From Naegleria gruberi (Eukaryota): DNA of 64,000 nucleotides. The translations under genes were made by a program, and so were the position numbers. This document shows positions 1 to 10,555 of this stretch, piece after piece. The notes under the pieces are model-generated. The model did no database searches. It was not told where the DNA came from and saw only the letters and a program-made list of their open reading frames with translations. Numbering within the stretch: the first letter of the stretch is position 1; every line of letters starts with the position of its first letter. The stretch lies in NCBI GenBank assembly GCA_000004985.1, contig GG738861.1, one strand, 5' to 3'.

Positions 1-239
1 AGTCGAATTGGTTCATCATCTTGTTGTATGTTATTCAAAATATCGGAGTAAATTACAAAGCCTTGTGATGAAAAGAGCCTATTTAATAAGTAGTTGGTTA
101 ATCCAAGAGCACCTTGTCCAGTTTTTTTTTGTTGTTATTTTTAAGTTGGTGAACATACAGGCTTGTTTCCACTCACCACTGGAATCCAGAGAAGGCTGGA
201 AATATTGAAAATACGCGGTAAAAAATAAAACAAACTGAT

Positions 240-1448
240 TTATAAAGTTTTTATTGGTGCAAAACGATAGTGAGCAGGTAATTTCGATCTATTGATAAAG
301 TCCACTGAACGATCATATTGTGGTAACAACTTGCAAACTTGCATGAGGATTTTACCTCTTGAATTTCTGGATTCGGCCATTGAAAATGCTGATTTGATAC
401 TCTCCAAAGACATTTCATTGAATGCTTCGGCAATTCGTGTTTGTATCTTTCCAGTGGTGTGATATTCTGCCAATTGTTCGAGTGTATCCGATTGATTTTT
501 AGTATTGATTGTGAAAAAGACATATTCAGGACCTAGACCTAAAGTTGAAATGACCCTTCTCCATGAATTGTAAGTTCCAATAGATATCATTTTGAGAAGT
601 GAAATTGGTTCATTAGCAAGACCAACTTGTATATATTTTGATTGTCTAGATCTGAGGAATTTCCAAGCTCTCTTCTTCAAATCCTTATCTCCAATAAGGT
701 CGATAATAACATCCACATCAGGTGTATTATATTCAAAATCTTTTACAGTTTCTCCTTCTTTAATTTCATTCTTATCCTCCACTTTGGCATCTCCATAAAT
801 TGAAAATGTTGAGAATGGTTTCAAATCCTTCACAATTTCCATACCAGCATCAGTTGTGCATCCTGCATAAACTTCTGCTTCTAAAACATTTCTAGCGTAT
901 TGAACACAATAAGATCCAACATTTCCAGAAGCTCCCAAAATTAAAACTCTTGACCCCTTCTTTACCTTTCCAATATTCACTAAACTTTGATGAGCAGTCA
1001 ATCCTACCATCGGAATTGTACTTGCTTCAGCGTGTGAAAGTTCCTTTGGTTTCAATGCAATAGATTCCTCATGAAAAATATTATATTCAGCCAAACATCC
1101 TCCTTCTCCATTAATTCCAAATACTTCATCTCCAACTTTAAATCTCGATGCTGATGATCCTGTCTGTACCACAATACCACTCATATCCGATGAAGGTATC
1201 AATGGAAATGATGGTTTTCCGAGGAGAATATTTTGAAAGAAACCACTCCTAATTTTATAATCAAAAGGATTAATACTCGAATAGACAATCTTAACTAGAA
1301 CACTCCTCTCCAATTCCTTTGATGATTTTTTACTCGACTCGAAGGAAGGAACAGGAGTAAATTGATCAGAATATTGCAACACGTCCAAGCCTCCATATTT
1401 TTGATAGTAAATGGCTCTCATGGTTGGAGGAAGTGATTGTGATGACAT
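240..1448 (-). CDS. Medium-chain dehydrogenase/reductase (zinc-type alcohol dehydrogenase / quinone oxidoreductase-like), about 402 aa with a short C-terminal extension
   Basis: Continuous ORF. It has the Rossmann NAD(P)-binding motif 'VLILGASGNVGSYCVQYA' and an N-terminal GroES-like region ('KVGDEVFG'). The core ends in the family-typical '...GKILMQV'. The start is a real ATG. Confidence 0.7.
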   Translation of the reverse strand: MSSQSLPPTMRAIYYQKYGGLDVLQYSDQFTPVPSFESSKKSSKELERSVLVKIVYSSINPFDYKIRSGFFQNILLGKPSFPLIPSSDMSGIVVQTGSSASRFKVGDEVFGINGEGGCLAEYNIFHEESIALKPKELSHAEASTIPMVGLTAHQSLVNIGKVKKGSRVLILGASGNVGSYCVQYARNVLEAEVYAGCTTDAGMEIVKDLKPFSTFSIYGDAKVEDKNEIKEGETVKDFEYNTPDVDVIIDLIGDKDLKKRAWKFLRSRQSKYIQVGLANEPISLLKMISIGTYNSWRRVISTLGLGPEYVFFTINTKNQSDTLEQLAEYHTTGKIQTRIAEAFNEMSLESIKSAFSMAESRNSRGKILMQVCKLLPQYDRSVDFINRSKLPAHYRFAPIKTL

Positions 1449-2159
1449 TTTTTTATATTTTTAATGGAATTTCTAATCTTCAACAAGAATATTTCAACTT
1501 CTTGCACTTTCGATAGATTGTAATGTACATCTTTCTAGTTTGAATCTTAAACTCATAGTTATCATCAAGAATAGTACTTTTGGGGATATGATAGAGTGGT
1601 GTGTAGTGGAGAGTGTGAGATCCATCCAGATCATGCGAAAATCAAAATCGTAGTAGATTCATTGATGATCTTCATCTCTCAGAATACTCAAAATTATTCA
1701 AATTTCATATTTCTCAAAGAAGATAATGCTTTGCAAGATATCCTAAATGAAAAGTTTATTTGAAACTATCCCAAGCAGCCTTCTTCTTGCAATTCTCTTT
1801 ACATCTTTCACCTTAGCTCTCTTGACTTCAAAAATCTTTCCTCCAACTTCAATTTCTTAATCATTGTGCAATAACACATTTATCAACACATTGATTTTGA
1901 AAATTGTGAATTTAGAATGAACAGTATTAAGAGAATTCTTGGATTGAAAACATTTCAATCCTACTTGAAACACTCTAAATTACCTCAATTAACCACCATC
2001 GTTACCACTCAATGTAGTCCATATAAGAACACAAGTGCCATCAAAATAATTATCAATCAAATCAAAATTTATATGAATCAATTCATTAATCATGAAAACA
2101 TCATCAAAATCCAAAATAAATAACCAAAGTTCACTTTAAATTTCCAATCTTCATACGAA

Positions 2160-3037
2160 ATGGTGAACTTTTCAAAGCAAAAAAACATGTCAGCAACTGA
2201 GATGCAACCAAAATCTTATCCCATCTTTGCATTCCTTCGTGACTTTTCCATCACAGGAGGAGTGTATTTTGCCTCGTGTACAATAACAAATCCCATTAGA
2301 GGGGCTGTATTCCACTTGGGAACACAAGACATTTTTTCTGATAAACCAAAATATACAGGAATAATCAATTATCTTGTAAATACTGTTAAGAATAATGGGA
2401 TTAGAGGCTTATGGGCTTTCAATGTTGGAATTTATTTGAGAGAAGTGTCAGGTGTCGCCTTTAACTTTGCTTTTCATGCATCATTCAAGAAAATTCTTCC
2501 ACAATTTTCTCCAGTCAATAATCAATTGGAATACATGTTGATGCAATTCATATCTGGTGGACTAGCAGTTCTTACCACAAGAAGTTTCCAACATCCTCTC
2601 GATTTTTTATCTACTTATGAATATCGTGATCTAAAACCAGGATTTAGAGCTTGCTTTAATGGACTTGGTGATGTAGTATGATTTATGGTGGTTTATATTT
2701 TGGATTATTTGATATTTGGAAAGAAATGAGAAGGAATCAACATTCCTTTGTGGAAAAACTTGGTGTGGCTCATGGAATTTCCCTTATTTCTACAATAGCA
2801 ATTTATCCAGTTGGAATGGCTAAAAGAGAAGCATTTGAAAAAGCACACAACCTTGTATCTCAAAGGAAATTCTATAATGGTACCTTAAAAGAATTATTTA
2901 ACATTGGAAAAGAACAAGGAGTGAAAGGTTTGTTTAGAGGGCTCTCTGGTGGATACCCTATTCTTTCAAGTATTAAACCAGCTTGTACTTTGGTGCTATT
3001 TGATGAAATACGTGGATGGTTATTGAAACAAGAATAG
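2160..3037 (+). CDS. Mitochondrial carrier family (SLC25-like) protein, with the reading frame interrupted near 2676-2681 (apparent +1 frameshift)
   Basis: Two overlapping ORFs (2160..2681 and 2678..3037) together give about 292 aa, the size of one carrier. The end of repeat 2 ('GFRACFNGLGDVV') continues in the other frame as 'IYGGLYFGLFDIWKE'. Repeat 3 follows with the 'PVGMAKRE' signature and '...GLFRG'. No GT-AG intron reconciles the frames without deleting the conserved 'F..YE..K' helix. Confidence 0.6.
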
Positions 3038-3048
3038 AAAATGTATTT

Positions 3049-4172
3049 TTATGGAGATAGTTCATTAATTGTTGTGATGATTTGAATGTCAGTCAGTAAT
3101 TTCCTCAGATAAATATTATACATAGTTGTTATCATTCTATTGGTGATTGGAAGTAAACATGGAGAAATAAAAGGAGTGGTGACATTATCAAAGATTAGTT
3201 CAGTAACTGATCTTACTTCTTCTTCTGAAGTTACATTAACAATATGATAAGAATCGAGATGAAATGAAACTCTTTCCAAATATTCTGTTATGATGGAATT
3301 AATAACTATTCTTTCATTGTAATCATTTGAAATTATTTCCAATTCTGGCCTCACAACTGAATTAATCTTCCTACTATATTCCATTCTTTTCTGCAATTTC
3401 TTTACCAGAATATCTGGCTTTGTAAAGAGAATTACTTTACGAGCATCAGAAAGAAGCCCATTTCCAAACAATTTTCCTATCATTTCCAAAGAATCATTCA
3501 TCACTTCTACATTATTATACTCCACTAAATTAAATTCTGAAAGGGAGACTGTGTAGATCAAAATTTTGATATTTTCAATACAGTAGATCCACTTTCTTCT
3601 TTCAGATCTTCTTCCAAATGCATCAAGAAATTCAACATTTGAATTATTCCAAATAGTTCTATAAGAAGTTATTCCACTGCTTCTCAATTTAATTAATGAG
3701 AAAGGATCAAATATTTTCTTTCTTTCAATTCTTGTGACAAACTCTTCCACATTTTCATATAACATTGCATTCTTAGCCCAGTTTGATTCATAATACTCTT
3801 TAAAGAATGGACAATTCCACAATTTTACCAATAGCCACATGCTGAATCATCTTGTATCCTTTGGATAAAACTTTCGTCAGTAGTTGATTCGAATATATTT
3901 CCCATATCTTCATCAAGATGTTCAACTATTTTTCTTAACTGCTGCTTTGCCTCCTCCTTATCCATCGAGTAATAAATTCGTTCAATAATCCAAAAACTAG
4001 CAAGTTGTAAATTATATTCGAATTTGTCATCATCAAAGTTTCTAATAGTGCATCTTTGAACGGATCGAAAAAAAGTTGATTTACCAGAATGAGATGATCC
4101 CAGTATTAGAACTTTTTGGAGGTTTTTGTCTTCTTTGTTAGCACGCTTGGATTTCGATTTGGATAAACCCAT
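3049..4172 (-). CDS. Heterotrimeric G-protein alpha subunit-like gene, frame-disrupted near 3826-3840 and carrying non-canonical catalytic residues (possible pseudogene)
   Basis: The N-terminal half, 'MGLSKSKSK...KVLILGSSHSGKSTFF', is a myristoylation-type start plus P-loop. The C-terminal half in another frame reads '...RSERRKWIYCIENIKILIYTVSLSEF...KVILFTKPDIL', corresponding to switch II and NKxD. The two halves are out of frame, and I tested for a GT-AG intron of compatible phase and found none. The switch-II motif 'DVGGQ' reads 'DAFGRR' and the NKxD motif reads 'TKPD'. Confidence 0.55.
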
Positions 4173-4272
4173 TTTTTTGAATTAAAACTATTTAAATATT
4201 AAATTGTTAAATACATAATATTAAATATTTCCATTAATTAATAGAAAATGCTATCATCACATTCAAATATTG

Positions 4273-4650
4273 ATGATGAGGAAATTTCTACTGGTACTGG
4301 AGAGAATGATACATGATTGTGAGCAAATGCTTTCTTTTTTACAAAAGATTTCTCTCGCTCTTAATGAGATCCACAAAGATGATTACGTTCATGGAGATAT
4401 TAAGCCAGAACACATCTGGATCTCTCCAGAGGGCACTAGAGTTGGCTCAAACTCAGCTGATATCTACTCATTAGGACTTTCCATCCTCCAAATATTGTAT
4501 GGAAGCAGTGATCCCAATTACATTCGAAACAACAAAGAAAAGCTTTTGGAAAATTTAACTTGTAATGAGCTTAGGTATTCTTGAAAAGATGTTGAAAGAC
4601 AATCCCTTAGAAAGATTTCAAAACGCTTCTCAATTAGTTTACTAGTCTCA
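4273..4650 (+). pseudogene. Protein kinase catalytic-domain relic (catalytic loop plus part of the C-lobe only, with an internal frameshift)
   Basis: 'HKDDYVHGDIKPEHIW' matches the HRDLKPEN catalytic loop and 'ADIYSLGLSILQIL' matches the DIWSLG motif. After a +1 shift near 4560-4583 the kinase-typical tail '...GILEKMLKDNPLERFQNASQLVY*' appears. There is no glycine loop, VAIK motif or alpha-C helix upstream. Only about 100 nt separate this fragment from the neighbouring gene's start, and the in-frame upstream sequence hits a stop without an ATG. Confidence 0.5.
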
Positions 4651-4729
4651 AATCACTAAAGATCAATAATTTCTCTTTTAATTGTTGTGAATTCTTTTAT
4701 GTTTATTAAGCAATTGAGGTGAACATGAA

Positions 4730-4802
4730 GCCGACATAGCTCAGTTGGGAGAGCGTAAGACTGAAGATCTTAAGGTCCCTGGTTCGATCCCTGGTGTCGG
4801 CA
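4730..4802 (+). tRNA. tRNA-Phe: tRNA-Phe (anticodon GAA), 73 nt, intronless
   Basis: The sequence is GCCGACATAGCTCAGTTGGGAGAGCGTAAGACTGAAGATCTTAAGGTCCCTGGTTCGATCCCTGGTGTCGGCA. The acceptor stem has 7 base pairs (GCCGACA/TGTCGGC) with discriminator A. The A-box TAGCTCAGTTGG and B-box GGTTCGATCC are present, and the anticodon loop CTGAAGA gives GAA. It is near-identical in arms to classic eukaryotic tRNA-Phe. A T-run follows (ggcaaatttta). Confidence 0.93.
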
Positions 4803-5560
4803 AATTTTAACTTTGAATCATTACTGCATTTTCAATATTTATTTAATCTTAGAATTTTGGTCTATTCGAAAGCAACAGAGTGAGTTTTTGTGTTGGATCT
4901 GTGTTGTGTTCAAGGAATTCTTTCGAATAACATAAACTAAACGAATACCACTTACCAAGAAGAGAACTATTTCAGTAGCAATAACGGAAAGGTATAATAC
5001 AAAGAGTGAAATATAAATTGGAGTGACGGCAAATCTAATTTCTTGAAATTTGAGCAACAAGTTGACCGTACCATTAGATACAGAAACAGTAACCATTACA
5101 ATCCAAAAATAACAGTTGATGTTCTTTTACCCATAACTGTTTGTAACTATTTCAATCCTAAATATTCGAAAGTAAAGAAAAACTTTCAAAATGGTCAAAA
5201 TGAAAGACATGATGAAACAACTGAAAGGAATCATTTGAAGGAAGGAATGACATTCTCCAAGAATGCAGTTGCCCACAGTAATTTCCATCACTGTCTCCTT
5301 ATCAATAGTTTATATTCACATGAAGTCCAGTCGAATTATAAATTAATCTAAAGAGCAAGGCAATAGCATGGTGAATACGAAACTGAGCATGACCCATGCA
5401 TTCTTTGATGAGTTTAGTTTGAAAATAAGAATCAAATAGATCCAATCATACACAAGAACAGGAAAATGAATTAAAAAAAAATTAATTTATCATTTTATTT
5501 TTAGAAAATTTAAAACCAAAAAGTTTTTGCCCCTTAAAAATAAAATTTAAATTAAAAATA

Positions 5561-5920
5561 ATGCCATCAAACTTCTCATCCGAACAATACAAACAACTTA
5601 ACAAACAAGTTACACCACCAGCTGCAACATTTGAAAGATTGCAACAAAAAACTCCATCTTCTAAAGCAGCTCCAGTCCTCAACAATCTTCCAACTACTCC
5701 ATCAAAGGCAACACAAAGCAAGACTGTGAACTCTTTATTAACCGGAATTAAAAACCTTCCATTGGAAGCTGCTCAATTTAAAAAGAAGAAGGGTGCCGGT
5801 CTTGTCGCTCTCGCTTTAGGTTCATTGATTGTTGGTTCTTATTCCTACACTATCAAGAGTATGAAACAAGAAAACTTTGCCGATGTTGTCATTCCAGATA
5901 CTTTGAAGCTCAAAGAATAA
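5561..5920 (+). CDS. Hypothetical small protein (119 aa) with a C-terminal transmembrane segment, i.e. a tail-anchored topology
   Basis: Real ATG in an A-rich context. It has an S/T/P-rich N-terminal region and one hydrophobic helix, 'GAGLVALALGSLIVGSYSYTI', near the C-terminus. I recognise no family. Confidence 0.35.
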   Translation: MPSNFSSEQYKQLNKQVTPPAATFERLQQKTPSSKAAPVLNNLPTTPSKATQSKTVNSLLTGIKNLPLEAAQFKKKKGAGLVALALGSLIVGSYSYTIKSMKQENFADVVIPDTLKLKE

Positions 5921-6103
5921 TTTAAAATTGTGGATACTTTTAAATCGGATCATATTGTCACTTGATGGTGGATACTCACATTTAGTAATAATGGATATCT
6001 AGCATCGGCTCATGCCACTTATTTAATAATAAAAGAAATTTGGAAATAATAATATTCTGTATTATTTAACATTAAACGCATTGAGAATATTAAATAGGCG
6101 AAA

Positions 6104-7699
6104 TTAATAAGAAGAAAGTCGTGATGATACCGAACCAACATGCTCCACTAGATCGGGTATCACCAAGTATGAATCGAGATCCTTGTGTCGTTTCTTGTAA
6201 ACGTAATTGTAAATTATTCTATCATTTGGATATTCTGATGAGGCTTGTGGTTGCCATTCTCTCAAATAATCAAGAAATGGATTTATGAGTTCAGGTTTGT
6301 TTGGATAAAGCATGGCTAGTAGTACATTAAATATTAATAACTAGAAAATATTAATACAAAACTTACCAACCGCACTACCATAATGAGGGAAATCTCTTTG
6401 CAAATGATATTTTCTTCCAGTTCCTTCATATTCATTGGAGAAGAATTTAGTGAGCTTGATGAATTTGGATTCCAAATAGTGGAATCGAACCAAGAGTAAG
6501 AATCCGAGTGTAATGGCAAACAGTAACACAAATATCCAATAGAATTTAAATCTATTGAGAATAATCTTGTCATTTCCACTATTGAATTGATTTGCTTGAA
6601 TTGTAAAGTAACCAATGGTCATGATGAAGGAAAAGAATAAAGCTACAAAAGAAATCAAGTGCAATCTCTTCTCATTGTAATCATTGTAGGAATGAGAAAA
6701 ATACAATTTCATCCACATAAATGATCTATTTTTGAATAGTCTCTCTCTGTCTTCATTCCTATTTGATGGGTCGTAGAAATCGTGATTCATATTTTTCAAT
6801 AGCTCTCTAATACTATCTAGCCATCCTTTTGGTACTACTGCATCATCCTCCAAAATGATAATATAATCCATATGAGGATAATGTTTCGTACAATATTCAA
6901 TTGCTGTTATATAGTCCAAAGCTTGTTTTTGATGATAGCTCATACTATAAACTTGATCAAAATTACTAGTGAAGAAATGTCTATCTCCCTTGATATCATC
7001 CCTGTGAAAAATGTTAAAAATTTGCTTTTCCTTAATAGCGTTCAAATGTCCAGTTGGGAACGAACTTGCATCAAATATATTGATTGCAATATTGGAGGTG
7101 GGTATCAAATCATTCATGGAGGTATTGGCCAAAATTGAATGAATCAAAACTTCTTGGTATTGTCTGTTTCTGGTAATCGAAGGTATCGAGATGCAAAATT
7201 TAGAATGCTCAACTGGTCCACTACTTGGTGTCTTGGCCTGTTCAAATGATTTCCTCAATAGAGAAACCAATTCTGTAGGCATATTATTAATATAATTCCG
7301 AGCTTTATCAATTCTATCCAATTCATTCCTTTGTATTTCCTCACCCGTAGTGTCGTGATGTTTTGCAAACATTGAAGATGGCAAAACCTTCCGCATCATT
7401 GAAAAGGCATATTGTGCTCTATCCTCCCGTGTGATACTAATCATTACAAATAAAAACAATATTGATAAGAGTATAATTTTGCATGAGGTTATTAAATTTG
7501 ATTTGATCGTCTCCGAGAATGAATGTTCTTCCAATAGAAAATTAGAAATCGGAGATGTTGTTGTTGTGGAAGATTTACTCGGTAATGTAGGTGAATCATC
7601 AGTGATGATATCCGATTCCTTGTGAGTGGTTACATTGGGTTGTTCTACTTCTATTCCTTCACCAAGTGGAGAGGATGCTGCATTGGTACGTAAAGACAT
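6104..7699 (-). CDS. Type-II membrane glycosyltransferase with a GT-A-like fold split by two transmembrane helices (PGAP4/TMEM246-like architecture); two exons
   Basis: Exon 1 is 7699..6367. The intron is 6366..6316 (51 nt, GTAAGT...TACTAG), in phase 1. Exon 2 is 6315..6104, and splicing joins ORF 6341..7699 to ORF 6104..6313 in frame via a split GCC codon. There is an N-terminal signal anchor ('CKIILLSILFLFVMISI'), a DxD-like 'IIILEDDAVVPKGW', and two C-proximal TM helices before the last about 90 aa. Confidence 0.5.
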
Positions 7700-7878
7700 T
7701 TTTTGTAATGTTGAAAACTTTAAATTTCGAATCCTAAGTATTATAATTTATAATATTATAAGTTAATATGAAGGTTTTATGTGTGAAGTTGGTGAATAAA
7801 AACCATCACAAATTAATTAATTAAAACAACAAAAGAAGGATGAAGTTTTTAAATTGAAAAATTAAACTATTAAAAAAA

Positions 7879-9279
7879 ATGAATAATCAACAACAGCAAT
7901 CAATAAAAAATCCATTCGCCAAGTCTGCCCTTCAACTCCAGAAGGAGCAACGAAGGAAGTTGATGTTACAAAGACAACAAGGTGGTAATGCAACACCATC
8001 GGCATCATCATCATCACCAACTCCCAAACCAATAATACAAAACCGATCAGCACCACCTACACATATACCAAGACAAGCACCACCACAAAATGTAAATTAT
8101 AATAGACCACCTCCTAATGTAAATGTTACTGAATTACGTCTTACCAAGGTTGCTACACCGAATGCATACTACATTTGTAAATTCCCAAAGGTTTTGGACT
8201 TTGAATCAATGCCTGGACAATTAAAAATCAGACTTAAAGGAAAGGAGGATGAAGAGGCTGATATGGAGGAAAAACCACAAGAAGAGGAACCAGAACCAGA
8301 AGAAGAAAATCCATTCCAAAAAAAGAAACAAGTAAGAAGAAATCAAAAACATGAATATATTTTCGAAAATGCTGAGCCACCAAAGAAAGCTTTTGAAGGT
8401 ATTCCAGAGGAAACTCAGGATGCCAAATATGCTCTCTTTATCATTAGAGAAAATCCTCAAACAGGACAACAAGAATTTGGAGTTTTACCTGTCGGATCAC
8501 AATGGTTGACTTTCAGGCCAAGAATTTTAAAAGCCAATGCTGTTCCTCTAACTTTGGAACAAGCTGAAAAAAAGATGAAACAAAAAGATTCCCTGATGAG
8601 CGATCAATGGAAGAGAATTAAACCTGAAATTGCTGAGGAATTAAAACATGATAGAAAGAGAAAGAAGGAAAAGGAAATCGATGATGAAATGGACTTTGAG
8701 GATGTTAATGATGATGATGAACAAGATGAATATTCAAAGAAAATTTCTAGGGAAGATAGAATGGAAGCAAAGAAAGTTTTCGGATCTGATGACGAAAATG
8801 GATCTGACTCGGATTCTGACTCTGACGACGAAGAAAAGATGCGTAAGGAAAAGGAAAAGACCTCAAGACGAGAATTGGATAAGCTCATCAAGAAAGAAAA
8901 TGGAGAGGAGGTCGATGAGGAAGATGATGAAAATGAACAATTGAAGGAAAAGATCAAAGAAGCCAAAAAGAGAAAGGTCGAAGAAAACTCTTCTGGTTCA
9001 TCTGAAGTCAAGACAGAAGAACCAGAGGCCAAGAAGGTCAAAACAGAGCCAGTGTCAGAGAATGACAAACTAAAGAACTCAATCCTAAAGTATTTGAAGA
9101 AGAAGGGTGAAGTCAAGACAAGTCGTTTCAAGAAGAAGTTCTTTAAAGATTGCTCTTCTGAACAGGAAAAAGATCAAAGAAAGAACCAAGTTCTCCAAAT
9201 CATGAAGGAAATTGGAGCTAAAACTTATGACCAAAATGGAACCAAAGTTATCAAATTAGATCCAACTGCTCAAGAATGA
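7879..9279 (+). CDS. GTF2F1: General transcription factor IIF large subunit (TFIIF-alpha / RAP74 / Tfg1-like), 466 aa
   Basis: The N-terminal dimerisation-domain segment 'KYALFIIRENPQTGQQEFGVLPVGSQWLTFRP' resembles RAP74 'YYIF...FEAFPV.NWYNFTP'. A long D/E/K/S charged linker follows. The C-terminal winged-helix segment 'LKNSILKYLKKKGEVKTSRFKKKFF...QVLQIMKEIGAKTYDQNGTKVIKLD' resembles the RAP74 C-terminus. Confidence 0.65.
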   Translation: MNNQQQQSIKNPFAKSALQLQKEQRRKLMLQRQQGGNATPSASSSSPTPKPIIQNRSAPPTHIPRQAPPQNVNYNRPPPNVNVTELRLTKVATPNAYYICKFPKVLDFESMPGQLKIRLKGKEDEEADMEEKPQEEEPEPEEENPFQKKKQVRRNQKHEYIFENAEPPKKAFEGIPEETQDAKYALFIIRENPQTGQQEFGVLPVGSQWLTFRPRILKANAVPLTLEQAEKKMKQKDSLMSDQWKRIKPEIAEELKHDRKRKKEKEIDDEMDFEDVNDDDEQDEYSKKISREDRMEAKKVFGSDDENGSDSDSDSDDEEKMRKEKEKTSRRELDKLIKKENGEEVDEEDDENEQLKEKIKEAKKRKVEENSSGSSEVKTEEPEAKKVKTEPVSENDKLKNSILKYLKKKGEVKTSRFKKKFFKDCSSEQEKDQRKNQVLQIMKEIGAKTYDQNGTKVIKLDPTAQE

Positions 9280-9471
9280 TACTCTTCAGAATAAAAATCC
9301 AAGTTTGCTCTTAGTGTCTCAGAAATCTTAATTAAATTAATTTTATTGAGAGAATTTCTTCCATTTTACGTATTCATATTTACATTTAAAATGCTCTATC
9401 TAATTTACTAGTTGAGTTTTCAAAAGTTTAAATTGGTTTCAAATATCCGTATCAATTTCTTTTGAAATATC

Positions 9472-10008
9472 TTAATCATTTCTATCCATATCCTTTTCAA
9501 CTCTTCCTCTTTGCATTTCCAAGAACTTTTTGACTCTTTCGTCATTCTTTGTTTTTTCTTGCCAATACAAATTATAGTTACTGGCATTACCAAGTTCAAC
9601 TTGTTGCATATTCTTGGCCAAATCAACTTCTTCTTGACTTTGTGAAGATTGCCAATTATCCATGTAGGATTTAGTTTCAGGCATTTTAGAAACAATCCAC
9701 TCCTTGATAGCTGGTTGGGAAATGGCAAAAACAACTCCGAAAGGATACAACAAATACCAACCAAACTTGAAAGCTTCACGGCCAAATCTATATTTAATAG
9801 GAGGAATGTGGGAAAGAAGTTTTTGGAAGGAATTTTGTTTTACAGCACGGGTCGGAATTTCACCTAATTTTTGTTTTTCGTCAATGGATTTTTGTATAGA
9901 TTGTTTGTGGAATGTACTATATAAAGTTGGAATATCACCATTTGCACTGTGTTCACGAAGAGGTGTAAATGAAGATGATGATGGTTTGCTGGATGATGAT
10001 TCAGTCAT
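9472..10008 (-). CDS. Hypothetical single-pass membrane protein (about 178 aa from the ATG at 10008)
   Basis: The first real ATG gives 'MTESSSSKPSSSS...'. There is one hydrophobic helix, 'FGWYLLYPFGVVFAISQPAI', and a charged C-terminal tail. The ORF-track start at 10062 is not an ATG. Confidence 0.35.
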   Translation of the reverse strand: MTESSSSKPSSSSFTPLREHSANGDIPTLYSTFHKQSIQKSIDEKQKLGEIPTRAVKQNSFQKLLSHIPPIKYRFGREAFKFGWYLLYPFGVVFAISQPAIKEWIVSKMPETKSYMDNWQSSQSQEEVDLAKNMQQVELGNASNYNLYWQEKTKNDERVKKFLEMQRGRVEKDMDRND

Positions 10009-10555
10009 TTTTTTAATTTGGATAAAATGTGTTTGGAGGACAATTTTGAAACAATTCGCCACCTTCTTAGACTTTTTTCAGCTTCTCAATAATATCAACC
10101 ATAAGAAATACAATTGATTTTCAATTCATAACTCAGTGATTACTTTTCATGGTCACATTGGCTCGGCCCGAAGCAACTGATACTCCGTTCAAAAATTTCA
10201 AAGATTCAAAATTTTATTATTTTTTCAAAAAATGTTCAACCCACAAACATAAGCAAGGAATATTCTCCAATGCTTTTCAGCATTGCATTCCTTCCAATAA
10301 ACTTAGACATTTACAATTATTCACACCTCTCTTGCTGCCCATCTCTGAAAAAGAAGGTCATGTCTTTGATAGTGTGACATAGTGTCGAGAGCAGGCTTTG
10401 CTACCCCTCACGTAATGAGAGGAACGCGTTATAATGCATCCAACATCTCACTTTTTTACAATCAACAAAGTAATTAATAAAATTCTATCGTTTTCAGATT
10501 GGAAGAACATCCACTTGTTGATGGAAGTTTTTAACCCGCCAATAAGCAGAAAAAA

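Noticed and set aside
2660-3840. I considered whether the frame breaks in the carrier, G-alpha and kinase-like genes are very short (15-40 nt) introns.
   Set aside because: I checked every GT...AG pair of compatible phase. The only candidates (for example a 55-nt GTGATG...GGAAAG in the carrier, or a 40-nt GTATTC...GAAAG in the kinase relic) would delete conserved motifs: the carrier 'F..YE..K' helix and the kinase 'KMLKDNPLER' tail. No candidate exists at all for G-alpha. I treat them as frameshifts.
4839-5351. Small hydrophobic ORFs on the minus strand (4839..5096, plus an upstream 'MEITVGNCILGECHSFLQMIPFSCFIMSFILTIL...' reading) that might form a small membrane-protein gene with an intron.
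   Set aside because: I could not find a consistent GT-AG join and saw no family signature. It is possibly a real micro-protein gene, but unsupported.
8604-9131. A 175-aa Ser-rich ORF antisense to TFIIF-alpha, and similar antisense or offset ORFs at 8221..8472, 13013..13474, 13535..14191, 21585..22127 and 44429..45026.
   Set aside because: They lie opposite or offset to low-complexity (GAA/GAT/AGT-rich) coding sequence of well-supported genes. They have homopolymeric composition and no start context. They are artefacts of repeat-rich codons.
10120-10440. A relatively GC-rich patch ('ggctcggcccgaagcaactgatactccg', 'gagcaggctttgctacccctcacgtaatgagagg') upstream of the PNK-like gene, considered as an snoRNA or snRNA.
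   Set aside because: It has C/D-box-like 'GTGATTA...CTGA' elements but no convincing terminal stem or Sm site. It is more likely promoter or 5'-UTR sequence of the 10556 gene.
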